In this document: piece after piece, positions 20,413-29,984 of the stretch | Numbering within the stretch: position 1 is the first letter of the stretch | How the letters are laid out: the number at the start of each line of letters is the position of its first letter | Made by a program: the position numbers and the translations under genes | The notes under the pieces: generated by a model | Seen by the model: the letters and a program-made list of their open reading frames with translations, nothing else | What the model was told of the DNA's origin: nothing | Database searches by the model: none | Assembly (NCBI GenBank): GCA_965221905.1 | Contig: OZ244922.1 | Span: 1,760,001 to 1,824,000, forward strand | Direction: 5' to 3' | Source: Chloroflexota bacterium | Lineage (GTDB): Bacteria > Chloroflexota > UBA11872 > VXOZ01 | Length of the DNA: 64,000 nt

Positions 20413-21483
20413 ATGCTTGAGAAACTCGCCGAAATCGAAGCACGCTTTCAGGAACTCAATCTGCTCATGGTTGAGCACAGTAATGACATTCCTCAGCTCA
20501 CTGCATTCGCCAAGGAACAAGCCTCACTGAGAGAGGTAGTACTCCTCTTTAACGAGCTGCTGCGAGTCGATAGGGAAATCAGAGGCGCCGAAGAGTTGCT
20601 GGCAGAAGAGGATGAAGATGAGCTCTTGGAGATGGCTCGGCTCGAAATTCAGCAACTTGAGAGCGAGAAGGAGTCTCTCCTGGAGCGGACACGGGCCGCC
20701 TTAGTGCCGAAAGATCCAAACGACGACCGTAATGTAATCATGGAGATACGCGCCGGCACGGGTGGCGATGAAGCGGGGCTCTTTGCAGCGGACCTTTTCC
20801 GCATGTATAACCTCTTCGCGGAAAAGCAGGGCTGGAAGACGGAATTTTTGTCATCCAGTCCGACCGGCATCGGCGGATTCAAGGAGATCATCTTTCTCGT
20901 CAAAGGGCAGGGCGCCTATAGCCGTCTCAAGTTCGAAGGCGGAGTGCACCGTGTGCAGCGCGTGCCCGTAACTGAGACCAGCGGTCGCATCCATACCTCG
21001 ACCGCCACGGTCGCCGTATTGCCCGAAGCGCAGGAAATCGACGTCAGCATCAACCCGGAAGATCTCTCAATCGACGTCTACCGCGCCAGCGGTCACGGCG
21101 GCCAAAGCGTGAACACTACAGACTCAGCCGTGCGCATTACCCATCTCCCGACCGGCCTGGTAGTGACGTGCCAAGATGAACGATCGCAGCAGCAGAACCG
21201 GATGCGTGCGTTGGCAGTCTTGCGGGCGCGCGTGCTTGAATTGGAGCAGCGCAAGCAGCAAGAGGAAGAGACCGCCATGCGTCGGGGCCTGGTAGGTACG
21301 GGGGAGCGGAGCGAGAAGATCCGCACCTACAACTTCCCGCAAAACCGCGTGACCGATCATCGCATCAGCCTTACCATCTACAACCTAGACCAGTTGATGG
21401 ACGGCAACGTGGAAGGCATTGTGGACGCTCTCACAACCACGTACGAGTCAGAGCGATTGGCTGCCGCCGGCTCGAAGAGCTAA
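20413..21483 (+). CDS. prfA: Peptide chain release factor 1
   Basis: GGDEA, PVT anticodon motif, GGQ, RTYNFPQ. Confidence 0.97.
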   Translation: MLEKLAEIEARFQELNLLMVEHSNDIPQLTAFAKEQASLREVVLLFNELLRVDREIRGAEELLAEEDEDELLEMARLEIQQLESEKESLLERTRAALVPKDPNDDRNVIMEIRAGTGGDEAGLFAADLFRMYNLFAEKQGWKTEFLSSSPTGIGGFKEIIFLVKGQGAYSRLKFEGGVHRVQRVPVTETSGRIHTSTATVAVLPEAQEIDVSINPEDLSIDVYRASGHGGQSVNTTDSAVRITHLPTGLVVTCQDERSQQQNRMRALAVLRARVLELEQRKQQEEETAMRRGLVGTGERSEKIRTYNFPQNRVTDHRISLTIYNLDQLMDGNVEGIVDALTTTYESERLAAAGSKS

Positions 21484-21500
21484 GCTATTGGAACGCCACC

Positions 21501-22532
21501 GTGGTCGCATCTTCAGCAACCAAAGCGCCCGCAACCGGGAATGAAGAAGCCGCTGCTTCTCCCCAGTCACTTCCCCCAAATGTGAACGCTGTCGCGTTCG
21601 CTAGCGGTAGTCTCCAATCATCTTCCCAGCAAGACGTGCTCCACCGGGCCTCACAACAGCTCAGAAGGAGCGGCATTGACTCCCATGCACGGGATGCGCG
21701 CATACTCCTTAGGCATGTGCTTGGGTGTACCGAAGAAGACTTGGCCGGCGGCAGGGCGGACTTGCTCTCGGCCGGTCATGTTTCCACGTTGCAGAGGCTG
21801 ATTCTACGCCGTCAGCAAGGTGAACCCGTCGCCTATATCACCGGCAAGAAAGAGTTCATGGGGTTGGCGTTCGCGGTAGACCGGCGAGTGCTCATCCCCC
21901 GGCCGGAAACGGAACTGCTTGTTGAAAAGGCACTTGATCTGTTCGGCTGCGAAAGCAGCAATGGCCGCCATTCGCTCAGCCCACCGACTTGCCACGATGT
22001 GCCCCGACCGCTTTTCGCCGACATCGGCACAGGTAGCGGCGCGATTGCCGTGAGTATCGCGCAGGCGCTGCCGCAAGCCACCGTTTACGCCACAGATATG
22101 TCTGCCGATGCGCTGGCATCGGCGCAGCGGAATGGAGTTGCTCACGGGGTTTCGGACAGGCTCGTCTTGCTACAGGGAAGTTACCTGCAGGCATTGCCTG
22201 AATCTGTCCACGTCATCGTCTGCAACCCGCCCTACATCCCACGAGACGAGATAGCGGGCCTTGACCGCGACGTGCGGGACTATGAGCCGCGCCTCGCGCT
22301 TTCCGGCGGCGCTGACGGCCTTGACGCGTATCGGGCGATCTTCGCCGATTTGCCTACCTACCTCCATCCTGGCGGGACCGCACTCTTCGAGTTCGGTTTC
22401 GATATGGCGGCGCGCTTGAAAGCGCTCGCAGCACGACACATTCCCGGGGCTCGAGTTGAGGTCTTTCCAGACCTGGCCGGGTTTGATCGGATGCTGCAAA
22501 TCTCCCAGGTTGCATCGGGCAGCCGGGAGTAA
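21501..22532 (+). CDS. prmC: Release factor glutamine methyltransferase (start may be further downstream)
   Basis: EPVAYI, VLIPRPETE, DIGTGSG, NPPY; follows prfA. Confidence 0.93.
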   Translation: MVASSATKAPATGNEEAAASPQSLPPNVNAVAFASGSLQSSSQQDVLHRASQQLRRSGIDSHARDARILLRHVLGCTEEDLAGGRADLLSAGHVSTLQRLILRRQQGEPVAYITGKKEFMGLAFAVDRRVLIPRPETELLVEKALDLFGCESSNGRHSLSPPTCHDVPRPLFADIGTGSGAIAVSIAQALPQATVYATDMSADALASAQRNGVAHGVSDRLVLLQGSYLQALPESVHVIVCNPPYIPRDEIAGLDRDVRDYEPRLALSGGADGLDAYRAIFADLPTYLHPGGTALFEFGFDMAARLKALAARHIPGARVEVFPDLAGFDRMLQISQVASGSRE

Positions 22533-22580
22533 GGGATAATCGCCACAATTTGCACCGCGAGTGAAAGACAAATAGCAGCT

Positions 22581-23867
22581 ATGCGCATTACCAACGTACG
22601 CGCGATTTGCACCGCGCCTGAAGGCATCGCTCTCGTTGTTGTAAAGGTGGAAACCAGTTCCCCCGGTCTCTACGGACTCGGCTGCGCCACGTTTACGCAG
22701 CGACCATTGACGGTCGTAACCGCCGTGGAAGAGTACTTGCGCCCCTTCCTCATCGGCAAGGACCCCGCCGCCATCGAGGACGCTTGGCAGACGGCCTACG
22801 TCAGTTCATACTGGCGCAGCGGGCCGGTGCTGAACAATGCGTTGGCGGGTGTGGATGCGGCGTTATGGGACATCAAAGGCAAATGCGCCAACATGCCCCT
22901 CTACCAACTCTTCGGCGGCAAGTGCCGCGACTACGCCGCGCTCTACGCGCATGCTGCGGGCGAAGGCGTGCACGCCCTGGAAGAGTCTGTGCGCGCTTAC
23001 ATGGCCCAAGGGTATAGCTACGTGCGTTGTCAATCGGCGGTGCCGGGCCTGGCAACGTACGGCGCCCGCAGCAACATCACGCGGTGGCAGCGCATGGCAC
23101 AGGGCGAAACGGGTTGGGAGGCTCAGTCCCCTTCAGAGCCCCGGCAGAGCCCACCTGAGATCGACCACAAAGCCCTGGAGGGAATTTGGGAGCCTACACC
23201 TTACGCGCGCCTTGTGCCGCGCCTCTTCGAACACCTGCGCAACCAATTGGGCGATGGCGTGGAATTGCTCCACGACGTGCATGAGCGTCTACCGCCGGTG
23301 CAAGCGCTGGGCCTGGCGAAAGCGCTTGAGCCCTATCATCTCTTCTTCCTCGAAGACCCGCTCGCGCCGGAGGATAGCGGGTACTTTCGCATTATGCGCC
23401 AGCAGACCACCACGCCCATCGCCATGGGCGAGCTTTTCGTAAACCAGGCCGAGTACATGCCCCTGATCGAAGAACGGCTCATTGACTTCATCCGGGTCCA
23501 CATCTCCGACATTGGCGGCATTTCGGTTGCTCGCAAGCTGGCGGCATACTGTGAGTTCTACGGCATTCGCACGGCGTGGCACGGGCCGGGCGACGTATCG
23601 CCAGTCGGCCACGCCGCCAATCTGCACCTCGATCTGGCGTGCCACAACTTCGGCATTCAGGAGCAGCATGTCTTCAATCAGGCTGCACAGGATGTGTTTC
23701 CCGGCACGCCGGAAATTCGCGACGGCGCGCTCTGGTCGAACGATCGGCCCGGCCTGGGTGTGGAGATCGACGAAGACCTGGCAGCCCGCTTTCCACTGCC
23801 TGAAACTCCCTATGGCGGCGGTTGGCCGCCAATCCGCCAGGCCGACGGTACCGTGATCCGGCCTTAG
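22581..23867 (+). CDS. Enolase-superfamily acid-sugar dehydratase (RspA/ManD-like)
   Basis: YWRSGPV, ALWDIKGK, LLHDVHE, FLED, MGE, AWHGP. Confidence 0.88.
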   Translation: MRITNVRAICTAPEGIALVVVKVETSSPGLYGLGCATFTQRPLTVVTAVEEYLRPFLIGKDPAAIEDAWQTAYVSSYWRSGPVLNNALAGVDAALWDIKGKCANMPLYQLFGGKCRDYAALYAHAAGEGVHALEESVRAYMAQGYSYVRCQSAVPGLATYGARSNITRWQRMAQGETGWEAQSPSEPRQSPPEIDHKALEGIWEPTPYARLVPRLFEHLRNQLGDGVELLHDVHERLPPVQALGLAKALEPYHLFFLEDPLAPEDSGYFRIMRQQTTTPIAMGELFVNQAEYMPLIEERLIDFIRVHISDIGGISVARKLAAYCEFYGIRTAWHGPGDVSPVGHAANLHLDLACHNFGIQEQHVFNQAAQDVFPGTPEIRDGALWSNDRPGLGVEIDEDLAARFPLPETPYGGGWPPIRQADGTVIRP

Positions 23868-23991
23868 GCTCTTGATCGAGGTCGTTCGCTGGGAAACTCG
23901 CTTGAAATACGAGACATCAGCGACTCGAGTAGGCCCACTTCGTATCGTCTCCCGTAGACTGGATTCGCATGGCAGGATACGCTCTCTCTCC

Positions 23992-24000
23992 TGCTATAAT
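23992..24000 (+). promoter_or_regulatory. Extended -10 promoter for tRNA-Arg
   Basis: TGCTATAAT ending 18 nt upstream of the tRNA 5' end. Confidence 0.6.
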
Positions 24001-24018
24001 TAGACGAGCGCCTTTCTT

Positions 24019-24094
24019 GCGCCTGTAGCTCAGTGGATAGAGCATCGGTCTTCGGAACCGAGGGTCGGGGGTTCGAATCCCTCCAGGCGTACCA
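24019..24094 (+). tRNA. tRNA-Arg (anticodon UCG)
   Basis: Acceptor GCGCCTG/CAGGCGT + ACCA; D arm GCTC..GAGC; anticodon arm TCGGT-CT TCG GA-ACCGA; T loop GTTCGAATC. Confidence 0.96.
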
Positions 24095-24206
24095 AGCCTA
24101 ATGTCGGCAGAGTCGGTCTGAGGATACCGGTACCCCAGTGTCATTCGGAATGTCTGCTGCGGCTTAAGACTCCCTTTTTGAATGAAGCCGGAATAGAGGA
24201 GCGTAC

Positions 24207-25136
24207 GTGAACGGCCCAAGCGACGGTATTGTCATACGCGCAACCGGTATTACCAAGCAGTTTGGTGGAACCGTCGCAGTGAATGGGGTTTCGTTCCAGG
24301 TCAGCCATGGCGAGACCTACGGCCTGCTGGGACCTAACGGCGCAGGCAAGACTACTACCATGCGCATGGTGAGCGGGTTATCCCCGTTGACCGCCGGGGA
24401 ACTGATCGTGGCGGGTATTGACGTTTCCCGCGAAGCAAGAGAAGTGCGAAACGTTTTGGGCGTTGTAACGCAGGAGGACGGCCTCGACACCGACCTCAAC
24501 GCCAAAGACAATCTCATTGCGTATGGATACATCGCCGGACTCTCGCGTGCGCAGGCGGGGCGTAGGGCGGACGCCGTGCTGATGTTCTTTGACCTTACCG
24601 ACAAGGCGAAAGAGGACATCGATAGCCTTTCCGGCGGTATGAAAAGACGACTTGCGATAGCCAGGGCCTTCATGACCAACCCTCAAGTAATCGTGCTCGA
24701 CGAGCCCACGACCGGCCTTGACCCGCAAGGACGCAATCGCGTGTGGCAAGAGCTGGAAACAATGAAGCAAGCGGGTGTGACCATCCTCATGTCCACGCAC
24801 TACATGGATGAAGCAGCGGCCCTGTGCGACCGGCTCGCCATCATGCATCACGGCAGGATCCTCGCTGAGGGGGCGCCGGACGAACTGGTGAAACGGCACG
24901 CGGGACCGGAAGTGGCGCAGGTGCGCGTGTCCAACGGCGTACGTAAAGACGTGGTGAACTGGATCGGAAATGCCGGTCTCGACTATCGGGAAGCCGGCGC
25001 AATTATCACCGTCACCTCCCCCAACGGTGACCGTCCGGACCTCTCCGGCCTCGAGGGCGTGCGGGTCTCTTACCGGCCTTCCAATCTCGAAGACGTATTT
25101 CTTTCCATGGCAGGCAGGAAGCTGACGGACGAGTAA
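24207..25136 (+). CDS. ABC-2 exporter ATP-binding protein (NodI/DrrA-like)
   Basis: GPNGAGKTT, LSGGMKRR, LDEPTTGLD, STH. Confidence 0.9.
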   Translation: MNGPSDGIVIRATGITKQFGGTVAVNGVSFQVSHGETYGLLGPNGAGKTTTMRMVSGLSPLTAGELIVAGIDVSREAREVRNVLGVVTQEDGLDTDLNAKDNLIAYGYIAGLSRAQAGRRADAVLMFFDLTDKAKEDIDSLSGGMKRRLAIARAFMTNPQVIVLDEPTTGLDPQGRNRVWQELETMKQAGVTILMSTHYMDEAAALCDRLAIMHHGRILAEGAPDELVKRHAGPEVAQVRVSNGVRKDVVNWIGNAGLDYREAGAIITVTSPNGDRPDLSGLEGVRVSYRPSNLEDVFLSMAGRKLTDE

Positions 25137-25924
25137 TGGCCGCCGCACGCAACACCTACTTCGCAGGCATTAGGCCGCGCAGCATTGCCGGGATATGGTA
25201 CCGTCACGCTCTGGTGTTGAGGCACACCTTACTGCCTTCTCTCACCTGGTATTTCGTTGAACCCTTCGTCATCCTCGTCGCCGTAGGCATAGGTATCGGA
25301 ACTCTGGTAGTCGACATCGACGGCGTGCCGTATGCGCAGTTCGTTACTCCGGGAATCATCGTGGGCTCCGCAATGTTCCATGCCATATTCGAGTGCTGCT
25401 GGGGGGCTTTCTTCCGTATTCAGAAGGGAGTCTATGAGACAACGCTGACCGCCCCGGTGAGCACGCGCGAGATCGCCATGGGTGACATTTCCTGGGCCAT
25501 GAGCAGAGCCGTCATCGTGGCTGTGTCCATAGGGACAGTGGCGGCCATTCTGGGGTGGATTGACACCTTCTCCGGTGTAGGCGTCCTGCTTGCCGCTGCG
25601 CTGGTTGGTGTGCAATTCGGCGCCATGGGTCTCATCTTCGCCGCGCTCGCGCCGAACGTGCACATTTTGTCGCTCACGTTCACCGTGGTAGCGACGCCCC
25701 TTTACTTCTTCAGCGGAGCCTTTTTTCCTATCTCCTCGATGCCGGACTGGATAGAACCCCTCGCCTGGGCCGCGCCGCTAACGCCCTCTGTGCACCTGGC
25801 GCGGGGGTTCGTGACTGGGGACTTGGGGATGTCCCACCTGCTCTCCGGCCTTTACGTAATGGTCTGGATCGTCGTGCTCTTCCCTATCGCCGCTGCCCTC
25901 TTGCACCGCCGTCTGGTCAAGTGA
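25136..25924 (+). CDS. ABC-2 exporter permease (NodJ-like)
   Basis: TAATG overlap with the ATPase; Y.QFV.PG, FSGAFFP motifs; hydrophobic segments. Confidence 0.88.
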   Translation: MAAARNTYFAGIRPRSIAGIWYRHALVLRHTLLPSLTWYFVEPFVILVAVGIGIGTLVVDIDGVPYAQFVTPGIIVGSAMFHAIFECCWGAFFRIQKGVYETTLTAPVSTREIAMGDISWAMSRAVIVAVSIGTVAAILGWIDTFSGVGVLLAAALVGVQFGAMGLIFAALAPNVHILSLTFTVVATPLYFFSGAFFPISSMPDWIEPLAWAAPLTPSVHLARGFVTGDLGMSHLLSGLYVMVWIVVLFPIAAALLHRRLVK

Positions 25925-26052
25925 TCGCCGCCTCCGAAGCACAACAGAGGTTCCGAGCATTTTACGACCTGTAACGGCATTGAGTTGTGGCTCATCATTC
26001 CCCAGGACCACTGGGTCGTGATGAAGCAGTCGGTAGTGGACCCGCGGCTTGA

Positions 26053-26928
26053 GCGGAGGGGAACTTCACGATCCACCGGCGCGGCCCGGCGTTCGGTACC
26101 ACGTTCCTCACGTTCAACATGAACCCCGGCACAGACGCGGAAACCGGCGAACCTTACGTGGTGGCGGAGAAGCTGGCGTGGTTCCAGAATACGCAGTTTC
26201 GGCAGGCGGTTGCCCATAGCATTGACAAGGATACTCTCGTCGCCGACATCTTGCATGGTCTCGGCTATCCGCAGTGGGCGGCCATTAGCCCGGCAGCCGG
26301 CGACTTCCACAATCATGACGTGCGCCGGTTCACCTATAACATCGGCAGAGCCAACGAAATCCTGGACAACCTCGGTTGGGTGGATACCAACGGCGACGGC
26401 ATCCGCGAGGATAGAGAGGGCAACACGATTGAGTTTGCGCTGACTACCAATGGCGACAATACCGTGCGCGGGGCCGTGACAGAGCACATCGCGGAGGGGC
26501 TGTTGGCAATCGGTATCAATGCCAACTACGAGTCCGTTGAGTTCGGCGAGCTTGTCGGCCAATTGACTGCTTCCTACGACTGGGAGGCCATCGTCAGCGG
26601 CTTGACCGGCGGCACAGACCCCTACAGCGGCATCGCCATCTGGCATAGCAGCGAGTCCCTGCACCTCTGGTATCCGAACCAACCGGAGTCCGCCACCGAC
26701 TGGGAAGCCCTGATCGACCACCTCTACATCCAGGCCAGCCAGGAACTCGACCACGAAATGCGCGTGGAACTCTACCACTACGCCCAGGAAATCATCGCCG
26801 AAAACCTCCCCCTCATCTACACCACCCTCTCCGAACGCCTCACCGCCACCCGCAACACCTTCGGCAATACGACGCCGACGCTGTACGGTCTGTGGGACAT
26901 CCGGTACTTGTACAGAACGGAGAAGTAG
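26053..26928 (+). pseudogene. 5'-truncated ABC solute-binding protein (family 5), C-terminal part only
   Basis: Homology-like text AEGNFTIHRRGPAFGTTFLTFNMNP begins right after an in-frame TGA (26050-52); FRQAVAHSID, DTNGDGIRED, QEIIAENLPLIY; no signal peptide or N-terminal half. Confidence 0.75.
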
Positions 26929-26965
26929 AACAATAGGCTAGCAAGGATATTAGGCAGTTAAACTT

Positions 26966-27003
26966 CGGAGCGACGCTGACATACATAGGTTGGTGTCGCT
27001 CCG
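26966..27003. terminator. Stem-loop after the SBP fragment
   Basis: cggagcgacgctgac-atacatag-gttggtgtcgctccg forms a 15-bp stem allowing G-U pairs; no clear U tract. Confidence 0.4.
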
Positions 27004-27126
27004 CTGTGATTGTTGCGTGATTTACTTCTCGTTCACTCGGGGGAATTGAGCACTCAAGCGCGTGATACACTGATTCTTAGAGCCATATCTTGTGCAGTGC
27101 GCTAGAGGGAAATGACTTAGGAGGTC

Positions 27127-28101
27127 GTGCCAGTGTCAGATGGCATAGATGCTTGTCCGATTTGGGGCCAGAGTTATGTAGCAAGTGGATATTTTTTGCC
27201 AGCCACACGTACTTGGGTAGTCGAAGATTCGCCTCGAGCCGGGGGCGGGTATGAGATCGGCCAATTAGCGTGTAGTTCAGTTTGGGAGCTTGACGACCCA
27301 CAGAGAGCAAGGCTCACCACAATGCTCATAGATCAACGGGCGCTGGGCGTTAGTAGACCCATAGTAAGTCTTGAAATGGTTGAAGACGCAAGGCGCAGAC
27401 GCCCACTCCCAATTTACCAGCGCGCAGAGAGGCTCTTGCGCTATTTTGTAGAGCAATCCAATTACGCTGGACACCACATCGGAATTGGCGATGGAGACCC
27501 AGTTGAATTGGGTGCAATTGCGTGGTCCGAATCGCAAGCAGGGTCTGATATCGACTACTTCAATCGCTATTTGGAGCAAAACGGGTGGGTCCAATTACGC
27601 GGTGGTGACAACATAATCACGGTCTTGATAGACGGCTATAATCGAGTTGCAGACAAAAGAGCCAATGTTGATGCTTCCCAAGCGTTCGTCGCCATGTGGT
27701 TTAGCGATGAGACAAAAGGCCTGTACAAACAGGGAATCCAGCCTGCCATAGAAGACGCTGGCTACGTATCAATGCGAATTGACGAGAAAACTAATCTGAA
27801 CAAGACAGATGACGAGATCATTGCTGAAATTAGGAGATCACGATTCTTGGTGGCCGACTTCACGCATGGAGAGGATGGTGCGCGGGGAAGTGTTTACTTC
27901 GAGGCTGGATTTGCATACGGTTTGAACATTCCCGTAATCCATGCTTGTCGTAGCGATCTAGTGCAAGACCTCCATTTCGATACGCGGCAGTACCATCACA
28001 TCCTTTGGAATGAGAGTGACTTTAGAGAGTTTCGCAAGAACCTACGTTCCAGAATTATTGCTCGCATCGGACCCGGCCCTGAACTTGCGACCAATGACTA
28101 A
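27127..28101 (+). CDS. Hypothetical protein with C-terminal nucleoside 2-deoxyribosyltransferase/TIR-like domain
   Basis: AFVAMWF..IQPAI..GY..RID..DEII.EIRRSRFLVADFT..RGSVYFEAGFAYGL.IPVI..C..LHFD; central putative winged helix (YLEQNGWV..GY). Confidence 0.75.
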   Translation: MPVSDGIDACPIWGQSYVASGYFLPATRTWVVEDSPRAGGGYEIGQLACSSVWELDDPQRARLTTMLIDQRALGVSRPIVSLEMVEDARRRRPLPIYQRAERLLRYFVEQSNYAGHHIGIGDGDPVELGAIAWSESQAGSDIDYFNRYLEQNGWVQLRGGDNIITVLIDGYNRVADKRANVDASQAFVAMWFSDETKGLYKQGIQPAIEDAGYVSMRIDEKTNLNKTDDEIIAEIRRSRFLVADFTHGEDGARGSVYFEAGFAYGLNIPVIHACRSDLVQDLHFDTRQYHHILWNESDFREFRKNLRSRIIARIGPGPELATND

Positions 28102-28169
28102 AAACGTTTGAAACAGACACACTACCCTATGCCCGAGGAGTTAGGCGTGTCATACAAGGAGACGAATAC

Positions 28170-29177
28170 ATGACCCAGCAAGGCTTGGGGCGGCTGGAAA
28201 AGGTTAATCTGAGACAGGTCTGGTCGGGTGAAGCAACTGACTTTACGCCTTGGTTAGCAGAAAAGGTAAACCTAGATCTGCTTGGCGGCACGCTAGGTAT
28301 GAAGTTGGAATTGGAAGCGCAGGAGCAGGACGTTGGGTCTTTTAGAGCCGACATTGTTTGTAAAGATACGGCTGATGGCAGTTGGGTCATAATTGAGAAC
28401 CAACTTGAGCGAACAAATCATACTCACTTAGGGCAAATCCTGACGTATGCTGCCGGGCTTAGTGCCGTAACCATCGTCTGGATAGCGCAGCGTTTCACCG
28501 ATGAGCACCGGGCGGCACTGGACTGGCTAAATGATATCTCTGGCGACGGCGCTCAGTTTGTTGGGCTGGAAATCGAGTTGTGGCGAATCGGCAAGTCTCC
28601 GCCCGCTCCGAAGTTCAACATCGTAGCCAAGCCGAATAACTGGACAAGAAGCAAGGAAAGCCGTACACAAGGACTGACTCCCACCAGGCAAATGCAGCTT
28701 GACTTCTGGTTAGGTTTCCGCGAATTCGTGTTGGACAAGCAAACACCCATCAAGCCTGGAAAACCGCAGCCGCTGCACTATATGAATATCAGTTTGGGAC
28801 GATCCGGCTTTAGACTTTCCGCCGTGGCTTCTCTTGAGGATTCAGCGAGTGGCACTTTTAGTAGCCACGAGCTCAGGGCCGGATTGTATATACATGACCA
28901 GGATCATTCAAAGAAGTACTTTGAGCTTCTTCAGCAGCATAAGGACGAGATTGAGAAGGAAATGGGCTGCACACTTGTATGGTACAACCCAGAAAACGCC
29001 CGGCCCTGTACTATTTTTGTCCGCAAGACTACCAATTTAGAGGACTCATCTGCTCGAGACGAGCAGTATGCCTGGCTACTAAAGAATCTCGAACTGCTCT
29101 ACGGAGCATTCGTAGATCGAGTTCAGATCCTTGATATTCCCAATGATGAATTCGCAAATGATTCTGGCTCTCAGTGA
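28170..29177 (+). CDS. NucS-like PD-(D/E)xK endonuclease fused to DUF4268
   Basis: W.GEA.DFTPWL, E..VG.FRADIVC, IIENQL, H.HLGQILTYAAG, KFNIVAKPNNW, Q..FW..F. Confidence 0.8.
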   Translation: MTQQGLGRLEKVNLRQVWSGEATDFTPWLAEKVNLDLLGGTLGMKLELEAQEQDVGSFRADIVCKDTADGSWVIIENQLERTNHTHLGQILTYAAGLSAVTIVWIAQRFTDEHRAALDWLNDISGDGAQFVGLEIELWRIGKSPPAPKFNIVAKPNNWTRSKESRTQGLTPTRQMQLDFWLGFREFVLDKQTPIKPGKPQPLHYMNISLGRSGFRLSAVASLEDSASGTFSSHELRAGLYIHDQDHSKKYFELLQQHKDEIEKEMGCTLVWYNPENARPCTIFVRKTTNLEDSSARDEQYAWLLKNLELLYGAFVDRVQILDIPNDEFANDSGSQ

Positions 29178-29221
29178 GAGCGCTACATTTGACGGGAACT
29201 CAGAGAGATTGTGGCGGTACC

Positions 29222-29383
29222 CTAGTCCAGGCTGCCGAGGCGGTTGGAGAGGATTTCGTCGATGATGGCGACGGAGAAGAGGAGGGTGAAGGGGATGGCG
29301 AGCATGAGGAAGATCGCGATGAGGGAGATGAAGAAGAGCACGGTGTCTGCCGTGCTGAGGGTTTGCATCCACTGGATCAACAT
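29222..29383 (-). CDS. Small membrane protein (53 aa)
   Basis: GGAG RBS 7 nt before ATG; long hydrophobic stretch VLFFISLIAIFLMLAIPFTLLFSVAII. Confidence 0.45.
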   Translation of the reverse strand: MLIQWMQTLSTADTVLFFISLIAIFLMLAIPFTLLFSVAIIDEILSNRLGSLD

Positions 29384-29588
29384 GGCCGGTCTCCCCTGGC
29401 GACGCGGACTAGAGTAGCGGTAACTCCAGTTCAATCATCGGCTTTGTCCAGAACGACACCGCTAAGTGGAGTGCAAATTAGCATCAAATGACATTGTCGC
29501 GCATTATTGAGTAGAGTGTAGCAGAGCAGCGGACAAGGGACAATCGCTAGCAGGTGACAGGCATCTCGACGAATTTGCTGTCTTAAGT

Positions 29589-29831
29589 CTATCGTGGCAG
29601 CAGTTCCAAAGCGGCTAAGACGCCAATGACTACGATGGCTACCCCATAGAGATGCAGCCGCATGCGCAACTCTAATTCGCGGAGGTTGGCCTTTATGGTG
29701 TCTGTATCTGTCTTGGTTGCCAGCGCCTCGTTCGAATCACCGAGGGTATTCAGTAATGTCTTTGCCTGGGAATCCGTGAACCCTCCCGCCGTAAGCGCCT
29801 CATAGGCCTTGTGCGTATCGAAAACTGCCAC
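29589..29831 (-). CDS. DUF1640/CCDC90-like small coiled-coil protein with C-terminal TM
   Basis: FDTHKA...L...GF...QA, LATK.D, LELR followed by a terminal hydrophobic helix. Confidence 0.75.
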   Translation of the reverse strand: MAVFDTHKAYEALTAGGFTDSQAKTLLNTLGDSNEALATKTDTDTIKANLRELELRMRLHLYGVAIVVIGVLAALELLPR

Positions 29832-29984
29832 TGCCTCGCCTCTTTGATCTGGAACTGAGTCCGCTAGCCTGTGGTAAGTCTACCAAGTGGCAAATTGACA
29901 GACAATCCCATGGAACCACCAGCTAACTTTCGCATATAGTCCGCTCAATCGGTCGTGGATAGTGACTTGTACACCGCCTGGGCA

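Noticed and set aside
21945-22010. Short insertion in PrmC (and the long loop in the RspA/ManD-like protein)
   Set aside because: They fall in normally variable linker or loop positions and contain no recognisable repeat
25852-26778. Long antisense ORFs (also 61129-62037, 24378-25148, 53584-54246 and others)
   Set aside because: Shadow ORFs opposite well-supported genes, expected in high-GC DNA
26929-27126. Retron ncRNA upstream of the NDT-like gene
   Set aside because: Only one hairpin is present and there is no reverse transcriptase in the window
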